Below, in pieces: positions 15,486-59,235 of a stretch of DNA of 64,000 nucleotides; positions within the stretch are counted from its first letter, which is position 1, and every line of letters begins with the position of its first letter. The DNA is from the human T2T-CHM13v2.0 reference genome, Homo sapiens: the NCBI RefSeq assembly GCF_009914755.1, contig NC_060935.1; one strand, written 5' to 3'. The notes beneath the pieces are model-generated. The model was not told the origin of the DNA. It saw nothing but the letters and a program-made list of their open reading frames with translations, and did no database searches. Position numbers and translations under genes: made by a program.

Positions 15486-16071
15486 TGACTCTGTCAGATA
15501 TTTTCCTCTCTGCTCAAACTTTCATCACCTCTTCACCTATTCTTACTCCTAGCTGGTAATTTTGTTTCCTATTTCATGGAGAATAGAGATGCAATCAGGA
15601 GAGAACTCCCATTGGCTCCTAGCCCCACATCTTACCACCTCCTTGTGTCTGTGTCCACACCCTATCCTTTGTCCCATTACTGTGGATGAAATATCTGTGT
15701 CCTGGCTCAGTGACTCCATTCAGTTATGCTCTAGACCCCATCATCTCTCCTACCCAGGGATATTGTTCCAGCAACTCTCCCCTCTCTTCTCTGTATCATA
15801 GGTTTTCCCTCTCAATGACCTAATTTTAGTCAGCACATAAACATGAGGTTGTTTCTCTCATTTTGTTAAAATTCCTGACTGCATTTCTTTTTCAACTATC
15901 TCTTTATAAATCTCCTTCCCATTTCACCAAAACTCTAACTTCTGTACTTCCATTTACTGTTAAGTCCACTCCAGTCAGAATTTGCTTTCACCAATCTACC
16001 AAACATGCTTTTAACAAGGTCAACAGGGACATCCATGTTACTAAATTCAATAGTCAATCAGTCTTCATCTT

Positions 16072-16435
16072 AGCTGTCTCAGTCTGCGTGGGCTGCTATC
16101 ACAAAAATGCCAAAGACTGGTTGGCCAAAACAACAAATATATATTTTACATGGTTATGGAGGCTGGGAAGTCAGATTCAAGGTGCCAGCAGATTCAGTGG
16201 TGAAGACCTGCTTCCTGGTCCATAGACGCTGTATTCTCCATGTGCCCTCATGTGGTAGAAGAGGTGAGAGAGCTCTCTGGGGCCTCTTTTATAAGGGCAC
16301 TAATCCCATATATGAGGGCTCCACCCCCATGACCTAATCAACCCCCAAAGGCCACATCTCCAAATACCATCACTTTGGGGGTTAGGAGTTCAACATCTGA
16401 ATTTTTAGGAGACACTGACATCCAGTCTGTAACAC
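16072..16435 (-). mobile_element. MaLR LTR (MLT1/MST-like)
   Basis: tctctttataagggcactaatccc-like and catgacctaatca motifs; by eye. Confidence 0.7.
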
Positions 16436-17544
16436 TAGTTGGTCTTACTCCACTTTACCATTGGTCACTCCCTCCTCCTTCACTTGCTTTCTCCTTCTTC
16501 ACTGAGTTTCCAGGATACCACACTCTCCCAGATTTTATTTTATTTCTCTGGTCCCTTCTTAGTCGTCTTTATTCTTCCTCCTCAACTCCCTAAATTCAAA
16601 ATGTTTTGGTACCCAAAGGCCCAGTCCTTGGACCTGTCGATTTTTAAAATTTCCTTTGATGATCTTATCTAGTTCTGTGGTTTCATATGCCATTTATATG
16701 ATGAGGATGCTCCAATTTATATACCTGTAGCCAAGACTACTCCCTGGAACTTCAGACATCTCTAACTTAACATGTCCCCAACCGAGTTCCTAATATTACC
16801 CATTGAATCTACAACGCCTTTAGCTTTCTCCATCTCACTAAAATTTTGTCAATTCTATTTTCAAAATATATCCAGAATCCAGGTACTTCTCATTTCTACA
16901 GGTGCCACCCTGATCTGAAACACCACCATCACTTACGTGTGTATTGCAAAAGCTTGCCAAACCTTCCCAGCTGCTTCCCCTGCTTCCTCCCTTCAGGTTT
17001 CTCTTCAGTCTGTTCTTAGCACAGCAGCCAGAGAAACTCTATTAAAATAAGTGAAGTTATGTCACTCTTCCACTCAAATCTCCCTCCACGGAATCCCATC
17101 TCACCCAAAATAAGCTAGAGTTATTATTATGTCATACAAGGTCCTACGTAATTACCCCAGTCTTGATGTCTCTCTTATTCACCCTACTCCACCTGTTTTT
17201 TTTTTCCTTCAACTCACTTGTTATGCTCCTGTCTCAGGGCCTTTGCGTTGGCTATTTCATCTATCTGGGACAACTCTTTCTTAAGGTAGCCACGTGGCTA
17301 ATTCTCTCACTTCCTTAAAGGCTTTATTCAAATGTCATTTTTTCAATGAGGCCTCTTCTGGGAACCCCATTTCAATGTTAGTTTCTCGTGCCACTACCAT
17401 ATACTTCTCATCACAATTTAACTTATTATATATTTAAGTTGTTTATCTTTATTATTGCCTGCTAAATTATAGCACCATTAGAATGTAAGCTCTATGAGGG
17501 AATTTTTGTTTATTTTGATAACTGATGTATTCCCAGCGCCTTAA

Positions 17545-18203
<659 letters not shown>

Positions 18204-18257
18204 TATAATTTGTTCTTGAAAGAAAGAATCAATATTGTAAACATGTCAAATTTCTTA

Positions 18258-18683
<426 letters not shown>

Positions 18684-19545
18684 TTACCTTGCAGCTCCAG
18701 CTCAAAGGACCTAAAGCTTAATAGAAAAATAATTAAGGACATCTGAAAAAAAAAATAAGACTAGCCAAAGAACATCTAAACATTAAGAGTAATGAAGGGA
18801 AACTATCAGATAGTAAACTATGTTACAGAGCTATAATAATTGAACAGTTAAGTACAGTCACGGGGAATAACATGCAGATGAACTAACAGAACAGATTCCT
18901 ATTCACATTTAGGAATATGAATAGGAATTCAGCATATAGGAGAAGTGGTTCTGCAGATCAGTGAAGGAATCAGGGACAACTGCTTATCTAAGAAACAACT
19001 ATATTTTTACCTTACTCTTCATACCAGAATAAATTCTAAATGCATCCAAGATCTGTATGCAAAATATCAAAGCTTAGAAATTATTAGAAGAAAGTAAAGA
19101 TTCTATTTTTGTAATCTTAGCATAAGGAAAGTCTAAGCATGAAACAAACTGAAAAGCTATATTGAAATACATTAATACATTTGACTTTGTTTTCTAAAAT
19201 CTGGTAAAATATTTTTCAGTCAAAAATTATATGACAAACTGAGGGGAATTTTCAACATATACACATGAGACAAATAATAAATTTTCCCCAGTGACACAAG
19301 AGAGCAAATCGTGGAAAAAATGTGTAAGTGGCCATTAAACAGATGAAAATGTTCTCAAGTTCACTCAGAATTAACTATATATGTTACAGTAATTAAATAC
19401 ATATTTCATTTATTTAATTGTAAAAAATAAAAACATAATATTTGGTCATGGTGAGCAGACAGAGACTCTCATACACTGCTGTGGGACTGTCAATTGTGGC
19501 ACCATTTGAAGGGCAATTTGATGATATATATGAAAATTTAAATGC

Positions 19546-19831
19546 GGCCGGGCTCGGTGGCTCATGCCTGTAATCCCAGCACTTTGGGAGGCCAAGGGAG
19601 GCGGATCACTTGAGGTCAGGAGTTTGAGACCAGCCTGGCCAACATGGTGAAATACCATCTCTACTAAAAATACAAAAATTGGCCGGGCATCAGGGCATAC
19701 TCCTGTAATCCCAGCTGCTCAAAAGGCTGAAGCAGAAGAATCGCCTGAATCTGGGAGGCAGAGGTTGCAGTCAGTCGAGATTGAGCCACTGCAGCCTGGG
19801 CAACAGAGTGAGACTCCACCTCAAAAAAAAA
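19546..19831 (+). mobile_element. Alu within old L1ME-like fragments
   Basis: Dimer. Confidence 0.92.
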
Positions 19832-20437
19832 TGTATATATATATATATATAAATGCACATACTTCTTGCTATGTAACTTTAAGCAGTTACTTAAGTAAAG
19901 TTACTTTACTTGCTGTGCTTTCTTAGGCATAATTTTCTTATCTGAAAACTGGAAATAATAGTACCCACCTCGCAGCGTTCCTATGAGCATTACATGAGAT
20001 TATGCCTGCAAAGTGCTCAGATTTTTCTCATTCCTGGTAGCTTGCACATCCAGAACTATGTCTGGCCCACAGTGGGTACCTGGTGAACATCTGCTGAATG
20101 AAGAAATTAATAAAACCACTCAATAAACATTAGCTGTTGTTAGTTATTATTTGCCTCTATAATTTCACTTTTTACAATTTATTCTACAGCTAGAGATGTG
20201 TGTAAAGATATAGGTGTAGTATGTTTATTAGTAGCATTGTTTGTAAAACAAAAAGCCAGAAACAACCTAAGCTTCCATAAATAGGGGACTGATTACAAAT
20301 GTACAATAATCCTATGCAATGGAATATTAGCCAGCCAGTAAAGTAAAAAAGATGGAGATACATGAACTGATAGAAAGAGATGCCCTAAAAATATCGATGG
20401 GTTAAAAAAGACAAGTTGCAGAACAGTACAAATAATC

Positions 20438-20560
20438 TGAGACAAAGGTCTCACTGTGTTGCCCAGGCTGGTCCTGAACTCCTGGGCTTAAGTGATTCTC
20501 CTGCCTCAGCCTCTCAAGTAGCTGGAACTACAAGCCTGTGCCACTATGCCTGGCTAATTT
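20438..20560 (-). mobile_element. Alu monomer (FLAM-like)
   Basis: Single arm. Confidence 0.85.
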
Positions 20561-20580
20561 GTACTTTAAAAGAATAGAGA

Positions 20581-20914
<334 letters not shown>

Positions 20915-21189
20915 TTATATATGCTTTTTAAAAAGAATCAGAAAGGACACACAAGAAACCACGGGTAGCTACCCAGGCAACTGGATCTGTAGGATAAAGA
21001 AGGACTTGATGGAGTGAGGACTTAGACTTTTCATCTTACACTTTCTTATACTGCTTGAATATGTTTGCCTGAACATGCATTATGATTATCATTACAAGAA
21101 TATTTTAAAAACTCAAATAATAGGGCCCTGGGGGAGTATCAGGAATATGGAGAGAGCAGAAGAGGAAGGAAATACAGGAAAATAAGGTA

Positions 21190-21620
21190 TACTAAGTTAA
21201 ATGTGTTGTCCCCCCTAAAAAAGTCCTACTCACCCAAAACTTCAGAATGTGACTTCATTTGAAAATGAGGGTTTTTGCAGATGTAATTAGTTAGGGTGAA
21301 GTCATGCTGGATTAAATTGGACTCTAATCCAATGACTGGTGGCCTTATAAGAAGAGGTAAGAGACACCGAGACGCACACCCAGGGAAGGCCATAAGAAGA
21401 CAGAGGCAGAGATGGAGTGATGAATCCTCAAGACCAGGAAGGCCAAGCACTGCTGGTAATCAGCAGATGCTGGAGGAGGCAAGAACAGATCCCTCCCTGG
21501 AGCCTTCAGGGAGAGCATGGCCCAGCTGACACCTTGATTTCAGGCTTCTAACCTGTGAGAGGATACATTTCTCTTGTTTTAGGCCACCTAGTTTTTGGTA
21601 CTTTCTTACAGCAGCTGTAA
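21190..21620 (+). mobile_element. MaLR LTR (MLT1-like)
   Basis: cagaatgtgac...tttgcagatgtaattagtt...gacaccttgatttc...ttgttttaggccacc. Confidence 0.8.
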
Positions 21621-22182
21621 TGCAAAAGGAGAGAGAGAGAAGGCTAGTGGGCTCTGCAGGGGTAGTTGTGAGGACTAACTATTTAATCAGGTATAGTCAC
21701 CAAGTGTATATTTATGGAAGCTTGCTCTGTATCTAGTTTTATAAAAAGAACCAAGAAAGCTCTTTTTCTCCCTGGACTTTGTTTTATCTGTATTGGGATG
21801 TGAACATTTCTGCCCAGTTGTCTCCAGATTTCCAGTCTTGGTAGAGTGTGTTGCAAAGTGTCTCCCCACAGTCTCCTCCACTGGAACCCTGTGGGGAAAG
21901 GGGGACTTTCATGCAGGGGGCCTTGGCTTATTATCTCAGCAGCTATAGGGGTTGAGCCAACACACTCTGGCTCCTGCCGGGGGCAGGCTCCTGCTGTCTG
22001 CTTTCCAGCTGGGTGCCTGCTCTTTGCTCTCTGATTCCCCCTCCTGTTTGGTTCTCTGGCCCCTGCTGGCTGGGTCGCTGCCCCCTGGCATCATCACTCT
22101 GAAGCCAGCAGCCCTGCTGGGCCATTCACAGGCATACCCTAGTGGGGGTAAGGGGCAGATGTTATTTCTTTGTCCCCCTCCC

Positions 22183-22187
<5 letters not shown>

Positions 22188-22220
<33 letters not shown>
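22188..22220. repeat. (CA)n microsatellite; further imperfect CA runs at ~22566-22590 and ~22815-22858
   Basis: Read directly. Confidence 0.9.
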
Positions 22221-22223
<3 letters not shown>

Positions 22224-25200
22224 TCACACTCAATATGTATTAATGTCCTGGGAAGGGGTCCAGGCAGAGAGTGATGGCAGGCTACAGGCTCTGGGGGGAT
22301 GCAAATGGACCGGACAGTGTGTGTGTACATTGGGGGGAGGCAGTGGTAGTAATGGGGGGTTGTCTTCAGACTGCACTCCTGGGCAATTACATGCCAGCAG
22401 CTTCATCCACTACCAGCCGGCATGCAGGCTTTAGACCACCAAGAAGCCTCCCCATATGGCCCCAGCTTGGCCACTGAAAATTCCCAGCCACATTCTCTGG
22501 CCGATATGCTGGCACTAGGCCAAGAAAGTTAGCCTGGGGTAGCTGTTCTCTCCCCTAGCACGTGAACACACACACACACACTCACACACCAGTGGGGGGT
22601 GGGATGGAGAGTTCCTTTAGAGGCTCATGATTCCCAAAACACCACTCTTGTGTAGGGTTCCTGCCTTACTCATAATCACTTGCCCTTCCCATTTCCCATG
22701 TTCCTCTGCAAATCCACCCACCCAAAATACCACCATAGGAAAGAAATATTCCTCTTCTATATTACCTCATCAACTCCTGGCCCAGGGCTCTTTTCTAGGG
22801 CTCTACCTGTGAACCCACACATGCACACACACGCAAACACACACACACACACACACACTTCTTCCCATCAGATGCTGTAACCTTATCAGAACAAACTTAG
22901 CTCCTAACTCTACAAATTCAACTCGCCCCAACCTCCCTGCTTCCTGCTACTCTCTCTTCTTTCTGCCAAATCTCCTTCAAAACCTCTGTTTCTTTTTCTT
23001 ACCCTTTCTAAAGTCTGGACTGTACATATTGTTGGTAAAACTCTGGGAAAGAAGTAGTTTCCTGAGGTGGTAGAAGAGAGGGTCTCTAAACCCAACTCTG
23101 ACTCTTTCTCCAGCCCAAGGTGGAAATTTATAAGTCAACAGAATGAATGCACCCCGGCTGAGGCTCCTCCAATTGCAGGGCATCTACTCAGTGTTTTAGG
23201 TGCTGTACAGGCACTTACAGTTGACAAATTAGGAAATGGACATAGTTGCAAAGAGTTGCATACCCACTCCAGAAAAAGGACAAAGAGTTGTCTTGGTAAT
23301 TTTCAGAGAGCAGAGCAGGCAGTGAGGAGACTAGTAGGAGGCAAACCCCTTTCAGAACTGCCTATGGGGGTAGCCAGGAGAGAAGCTGGATGTGGACAGG
23401 GGCAGGGCCAGTTTCTAGGCTGCCTGTCTGACCCTCAGTAAAGAAGAGAAGGTGGGGAGAGGGCTGCAGAAGAGCTGGGAGGTGTGACTTCTGCTGGGCC
23501 TTCTCTGCCCACTCTCTGCTCCACTCTGCCTAGCCCAGGGCCGTAAGGACACTAGAGAATGGGAAGGAAAAGGGAGGGAACTTAGGTTATGGTTGGGAGG
23601 TATTTATTCTCTGATATCCCCAGTTGGGAGAACTCAGCCCTCTTGGCTTAGATCTGAGTTTGGTTTAAAAGGAGAGTATCATCAAGATAAAGAGAAGTAC
23701 AAAGAAGGAAAGAGCAGAGAGAAACAAGAAAAAGTGGAGAGTGAAAATTAGAGAGAGCCCAGACGAGGTGAAGTGTAGGAGAGACAGCAGATTCCTGGAA
23801 AGTAGAGTGGCCCGGCTATTTGTCCAGCCTCCAAACCCACGTGACAGGGACTGTGAAGCAGCCTTGCTCACGGGTTGAGCCGCGCCTCCGCTCAGGGAAC
23901 CCTGAGCAAATACGCCCTGATCCCCACATAAAGGGCCAATTAACTGCGCCGTCTCCGGGAACAAATCCGCTAACAGGGTGACAAGCCCCTAGACGCTGGC
24001 AGGCCCTGTGTTTGCGGAGAGGCCAGCCGGGAGCAAATCAGGGCATTAGGACCGGGCAGGAGCCGCATGGTGGGAGGGTTTCTGGCCCCCTCCGCCCCAG
24101 AGTAGGGCCTGGTACCAGGACGTGGGGTTTCTATCCCGATTCAGCCTCTGCTGTGATGGAACCCAGGTGACCGCGGTCAGCAGGGGGCGGAGCAAAGGGC
24201 CCCGGAGCCTCGAATCTCACAGGTCAGAGTAGATCAAGCACTCCAATTCCTCCTTAACAGATGGGAAAACTGAGATCCAAAGCGGTGACGTCTTGTACTT
24301 GGCAAACGTAGAATTAGAACCCACTTCTGTGTTGGTCATTCCTGAAGGATAGATTTCGGGTGGGAAATACATCCCTTACTTTCTCTCTTATCTGAATACC
24401 ACCCTGGAGCGAGGAAGGGAGGGGCGTCAAATCTCTTATTATCTTCTTGCTTTTGAAAGGATGTGTCTCTAGCCCGTCTCCCACCTACCCCAGTCCTCAG
24501 CCTCAGGGTCTGCTCGGATTTATGTCTTCCCTGGGGGCTCCAGGGCCCTAGTCAGGCACCTGCAGATGAGGTGCTGAAAAGGACAGCTCCCAGGGCGCTG
24601 CGTGGCGGTGGGGTGGGGGGTCCATCCGGCCCCACCCCCACTCCCACCTACCCCCTCCCCCACACCTAGTGCTTCCAGCCTTTCTACGTCCCGCCCAGAA
24701 CTGCTAGGGTTGGAAGGCACCTAAACACCCATAGTTGGAGGCTCACAGCCAGGCGCCTGGACTGAGGAAGGAGGCTTGGAACAAGCCCCCCACCCCTTGA
24801 CAATGTCTCGGGTTCCCTTGAACAAGCTCTGCCTGAAATATTTCAATTCTTGATTCTGCTTACTCCAGAGTCTGCGACTGTATAGCACCCACCCCTCTGA
24901 TCTCGACCCCTTTGGGGTCAGAAGCAGTCGCCCCATGAAAGTTGTCTCATCCCAGAACCTGACGGCTGAGCCAGAACTCTGGCACTGACTCTTCAATCAG
25001 CAGGGCCTTACCTCAGGTTAGGAATGCCCCGGCCTCTCTCTTTCCCTGATACCCCAAAGCCATCTCCTGTCTAGGAAAGTGAGTTTGTCGAGGTGGGTCT
25101 TCAGGTAGAAAGAACTCCAGAAAAGTCAGAAGCAGACCGCGACTGGAAGTGGGAGGTGGGAGTAGGGGCCCATGGTTTTCTTTTCGCCCCCCCCAGGAAG

Positions 25201-25749
25201 GACGACTGCTATCCGATTTGAACAGATTTGCACTAATTTTGCAGCAATCCCACATGCCTTTACAAAAATAATATTATCTTTGTTTTTGTCCTAGAATCCT
25301 TGGTTCCATTTCAGTCTCCTCAAAAACGTAAAACAATTTAATAAAAAATGTCAAAGCAGGGTAATGTAAAAGGATTCAAATAAATGACAGTTGCCTGGGT
25401 TTCCCTGGCTTTCAGTCTCCTACAGGAACTCCTAGATTAGGGCGTTTGGAGCAAGACTCCCGGGTCAGGGCGCGCCGCTCCATCCTCTGGCCTCCTGGCT
25501 GCAGACCAAAGGACCAGAGGGCAGAGAGGTGGACCTGTCTTGGAATTCTCTGCCTACTCCCAACTCTTGCTGCAAACCACCCCAGTCTCCTGCCCTTCCG
25601 TCGCCAAACCCCTAGACTTGGGAGGGAATGGAAACCAGAACTTTGGCAGCAAGGAGCATTGCTTGCGCTTTGCCTCAGTTTCCAAAAGGTTCGGGAAAAG
25701 AGAGGACAGATTCCTGTTCTAAAGTTGGGCAGAAGGGCAGAGTCCGACA

Positions 25750-41874
<16,125 letters not shown>

Positions 41875-42069
41875 CCCTTGTTGGGGCATTGAGAATATCA
41901 TGAGTGCCACGGGGAAGGGGAGTAGGGATGTCTTTTCCCCCCCAGCAGTGATGAGTGGGGCTAGCTGAAGCCCATTGGTTTCCACGATTTCAATTGGCTG
42001 AGAAGGCAGAGAGCTAGCTCCTCCCTTTCTTTCTTTTTCCACCTGAGACTTGTTTATAAAAAACAAAAC

Positions 42070-42075
42070 AATAAA
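42070..42075 (+). terminator. ROBO3: ROBO3 polyadenylation signal AATAAA
   Basis: First AATAAA after the stop, followed by GT-rich sequence (ctgtctgtctggttctgtg). Confidence 0.85.
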
Positions 42076-42215
42076 AAGAGTCTGATCAGAGCCCAGGGCC
42101 CTGTCTGTCTGGTTCTGTGCAGCAGGTTGGGAAGAAGGGGACTGCAGGGTCCTGTATATCAACGCACACTGGTAGCTTCTGCTTCCCCTTCCACTCCGTC
42201 AAAAGCACTAAGTTA

Positions 42216-42329
42216 GGCCAGGCACAATGGCTCACACTCATAATCCCAGTGCTTTAGGAGGCTGAGGCAGGAGGATCATTTGAGCCCAGGAGTTTGAGAC
42301 CAGCCTGGCCAACCTAGAAAGAACTTGTG

Positions 42330-42379
<50 letters not shown>

Positions 42380-42585
42380 TAAATAAATAAATAAATAAAT
42401 AAATTAGCCAGGTATGGTTGTGTGCACCTGTCATCCTATCTACTTGAGAAGCTGAGGCAGTAGTATTGCCTGAACCCAGGTGTTGGAGGTTATAGTGAGC
42501 TATGATTGTGCCACTGGACTTCATCCTGGGTGACAGAGTGAGACCCTATCTCAAAAACAAACAAACAAACAAAAAACTGAAAAAA
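42216..42585 (+). mobile_element. Alu (J-like) with (CA)n(TAAA)n expanded in the middle linker
   Basis: Dimer; microsatellite 42334-42402. Confidence 0.92.
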
Positions 42586-43904
42586 CACTAGGTGGGGACT
42601 GTACCGTCCTGCTTCTTAAAGGAGTAAGAAGCTCACTGTTCCCGAGTTACAACCATAGAGACTTTCCAAATGCCCAGTAATAAGACACATGTTCCACCTT
42701 TGGAAGGTCAAGCCAGGCCCTTCTTTAGTGCCCTCCTCTGGGGTCTGTCTACTTTCCCACAAGAAAATACACCCCTCACAAAAAATTATTTTGAAAAACT
42801 CAAAGAAAGGAGGAGCTTATGGGAGAAACCCCAGGCAAGAAGGAAGAGCATGCTTTTTCAAACCATCTGACTCCGTCACAGAGGGTATGTACAAATGGGC
42901 AGCTCTTGGTGGGCCCAGATGTGATTGGGTTGATGGGCACAGAACTGTTAAGACTTTTTTGTGGTGAATGCCGTGGTCCTCGTCACCTCCTGCCCTGCAT
43001 CCCGTGTGCTCACTGGTGACCTGAGGTTTTGTTCCTTCTCGCTTGCTCCACCCTTGACTCAGTGACTTCCCTGGACTCTCTGGGATTGGCAGCTGCCCTC
43101 CAGTCCCAGGCCCTGACCTCGTCTGCCCCTTTGACCTGTGAGTGTACAAATCTCTCTTTCCCTTTCAGTCTGGCAAACAGGGTTGGGATGTTTTCAAAAG
43201 GAATTTTACCAGGAAGCTAAAAAGAAACCAAAACAACCTCCTCCCCGCAACTGCCACAAAATCCAGATAAGGAAAAGCAAATACAGAGGAACAGATGTGT
43301 ATGTGGAATACTGATTCTTCCTCCTGAGATCACAAAAATCTGGCCCAGACTGTCCTGATTAATGTGGTTCAGGAAGCCCCCAGTCCCCATGGTCCTGCCT
43401 CATTCAGCCTCTCAACTCCCAGTGGCCTCCAAGTAGAGCTGCTGGGTTTGAGGGATGAGCACCCCCTTTTAGGCTCTGCTTCCTGTGGCCCTGTCATGCT
43501 CTGTAGCATCCCCTCCACCAACTTGTGGATTCTGCCCCCGACCTTTCCCGCCAAGGGAGGAAGACGCAGGCCTGCCTACCCTCCAGTGCCTCCTGTGGCT
43601 CAGGCCCTGGAAGTCCTGCTTCGAGGTTCATCTCTCTGTTCTGTTTTTTTCTTTGAAGGGTGTTCCTAAGCCAACCGTGACAGGTGGTTCTACCTTTTCT
43701 GGAGTTCAGCTGCTTTGTCTATTTTAAGAAACCATCTGGGACTGCTGAAAGCAGTTTTCTCCTCAGGATGGGTGAAATCAAGGGGTTAATTTGATCAAGT
43801 CTGCCTGCCCTGCTTGCTTTTTGTTTTTTCCCTTTTTCCATGGAGCACAAAGCTTCTTTGGTAGCTGAAGGCCTCGCTGCTGAATGTGGAAACAACCTTC
43901 ACTG

Positions 43905-44610
43905 GCTACTTTATAGGTAACATTCATAGGTCACTATGAGAATGGGCGCTACAGTCATTTTTCAGGAACTTGGGACAGCTCTTGTCCAGCTCAAACCAAT
44001 CGAGACCACCGACTTTTCTACTGGGCCTCTGCAAGTGCTCGAGGGGTGGCCTTTTGACATCGGAGGGCCAAAAACTCCACCCTCAGATCATAACACAACC
44101 ATTTTCTTTTCTTTTTTTTTTTTCTTTTTTTTTTTTTGAGACCGAGTCTCTCTCTCTCACCCAGGCTGGAGTGCAGTGGGCGATCTCGGCTCACTGCAAG
44201 CTCCGCCTCCCGGGTTCACACCATTCTCCTGCCTCAGCTTCCTGAGTAGCTGGGACTACAGGCTCCCGCCACCACGCCTGGCTAATTTTTTGTATTTTTT
44301 TTTTTTTTTTAGTAGAGACGGGGTTTCACCATGTTAGCCAGGATGGTCTCGATCTCCTGACCTCATGATCTGCCTACCTCCGCCTCCCAAAGTGCTGGGA
44401 TTACAGGCGTGAGCCACCGTGCCCAGCCAGCAAAACAATTTTCTACACAAATGTCCTTATGAAATGCCATGAACCCCAAGTACACTTGGGCAGAATGAAC
44501 CTATTACTTCATTTTCCCCACAGCCAATCACCCTTCCCCATGCCTTAGACCATCCCACTTCCCTCAGCCATAAATATCCCTAAGGCTTATCTTGAGGAGG
44601 TGGATTTAAT
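43905..44610 (+). mobile_element. ERVL-type LTR (MER54/73/74-like, tentative) interrupted by Alu
   Basis: aaaccaatcgagaccaccgac...cttttgacatcggagggccaaaaactccaccctcagatcat resembles a recalled ERVL LTR consensus; resumes after the Alu with CCAAT and a TATA-like motif. Confidence 0.6.
44102..44428 (-). mobile_element. Alu (Y-like)
   Basis: cactgcaagctccgcctcccgggttcacaccattc; T tail. Confidence 0.93.
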
Positions 44611-45510
44611 ATAAGTTGCCAGGACCAGCAGACCCTGAAACTCCCCACCCCTGCCCTTCCTATATTCTGCTTAAAATTTGGTGGATGAACCTCATTCTCC
44701 CTTTAATTGCAGAACAGAAATGTGTGACACTCCCTGAGTGTCAATGAATGCCTGATCCCTGCCTAACTCAGGAAATTCTTGCCATCTCTCCAGGTGCTCC
44801 CCTAAAAATGGTGCTCCGGGGAATGATCTCACAGAACTCAAGTCTTTACCATTTTATGGTATCAAATTTCTTAAGCTCATAGTGACAACAGTACGAGGAT
44901 GGTGCTTTTGACCTACGGTCTCATACCTCCCTTCCTTCAGCATCCTCGCTAGACCCAGCCTTGAACCCTTTGTTTGGCATGAGGTAGGGCCTCAGTGCCT
45001 CAGTGGCATTCATAATTATTTTCTTTCCATGGTGAGGTTGGGAGAGAGTTGAGCTCTTCTCTAGAGGAGGGGCCCAGGTAAGGCTGAGAGGGGGCTCCGA
45101 GAAGCTCCTTCCTCCACAGCCCTCTCCCAGCAGCCACTGCTGTCCTCCACAAAGGCACCTCTGGCTCCTCCACTTCCTGTGATCCAAATGGTGGGGGAAG
45201 AGCAGCAGGCAGGGCTGCTCCTCAGGCCAAAACAACCTGGTGGTGGGAGTGGATGGCACAGAGGAGAAAGCAGTGGCTAGGAGTCAGGTGGAGATGATGT
45301 TTTGCTCCCTGAGGGCTCCAGGTCAGCTTTGCTCTAATTTTGTTTTCATTTGTTTTCACAATCGTGGAGGGAGAACTCTCTGGAGGCTTGGGAAGGTGGA
45401 CCCCAGCTGCAGAGAAACACAGGCCAAGACCCACACACCACAGCCCAGGTCTTGTGGGTGGACAGGAGAAGTGGTTCTGATTCCCGTCTGGGAAGTCTCA
45501 GGGACACGGT

Positions 45511-58415
<12,905 letters not shown>

Positions 58416-58439
58416 GGCTACTCTCAGCCCTATGTCCTT

Positions 58440-58620
58440 GTCCCGAGCACTTTGTCCTGCTGCTCTGAGCTCACAGTGAAGAGGGAAGGAGGGGCGGGGT
58501 GGGCCGGTGGTGGTTGTTTGTGACCGAGACTCTGCCCCAGGAGGGAAGCGGCTTTGAGGAAACCGATGCTTCCTGCCTGGCCCTCAGTGCCTTGGAGAAC
58601 TGGGAGGAGACCAGAGGCGA
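58440..58620 (-). promoter_or_regulatory. ROBO4: ROBO4 proximal promoter (TATA-less; GC box 58491-58500; ETS CAGGAAG ~58569-58575)
   Basis: Motifs read directly; spacing agrees with my recollection of the characterised SP1 and ETS(GABP) sites of the endothelial ROBO4 promoter. Confidence 0.8.
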
Positions 58621-58714
58621 GAAACTCTCTGACCTCGACCATTTAGCTATAACCCCCGACCCTAACTTCAGCGCTAAGCTTTATCTCATGATCTACTCGG
58701 GGATTTCTTACAGG

Positions 58715-59235
58715 GTATCCTTACACTAACCAAAACTCCGATCAGAGCCTTAATCCTCTATTTAAATCTTATCCCTGGATCCCAATCCTTATCCCTTTGA
58801 CACCTGCTAGAGAAGAGTGAAAACCCCAGGAGTCTCAGGACACAGCAAGAAGCTGAAGACAGAGGGCAGTGGGGCTGCAGGCTGGGGAGGCTGAGTGAAG
58901 TGGAGCAGGGGTGGATTGTAACACCCTCATCCATTTCCCCAGTGCCAGATGGACCAGGAGGTGGCGTAGGGTGGGAGACAGGAAGGACTCAGCATCTGGG
59001 ACAAGCTGGGAGATTACCACAGGGTGTGTCCATATTCAGCTCAGAGATGGATGAAATAAGCTTCTGTGGAGAACTTGGGCAAGTCAGTTTCCTTCTCTGT
59101 AAAATGGAAATAATAATAGTAGTTCCTACCTTGAGGGATAAAGTAATGATGAAACACATAAAGCATAAAACCACTGGCATCCAGTGCCTGACTCATTATG
59201 AGTGATCCGTAAAGCTGAGCCAACATTGTGTATTT
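58715..59235 (+). repeat. Direct duplication copy 1 (~520 bp, contains a MIR fragment)
   Basis: Aligns colinearly with 59973-60510, roughly 90% identical by eye. Confidence 0.93.
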
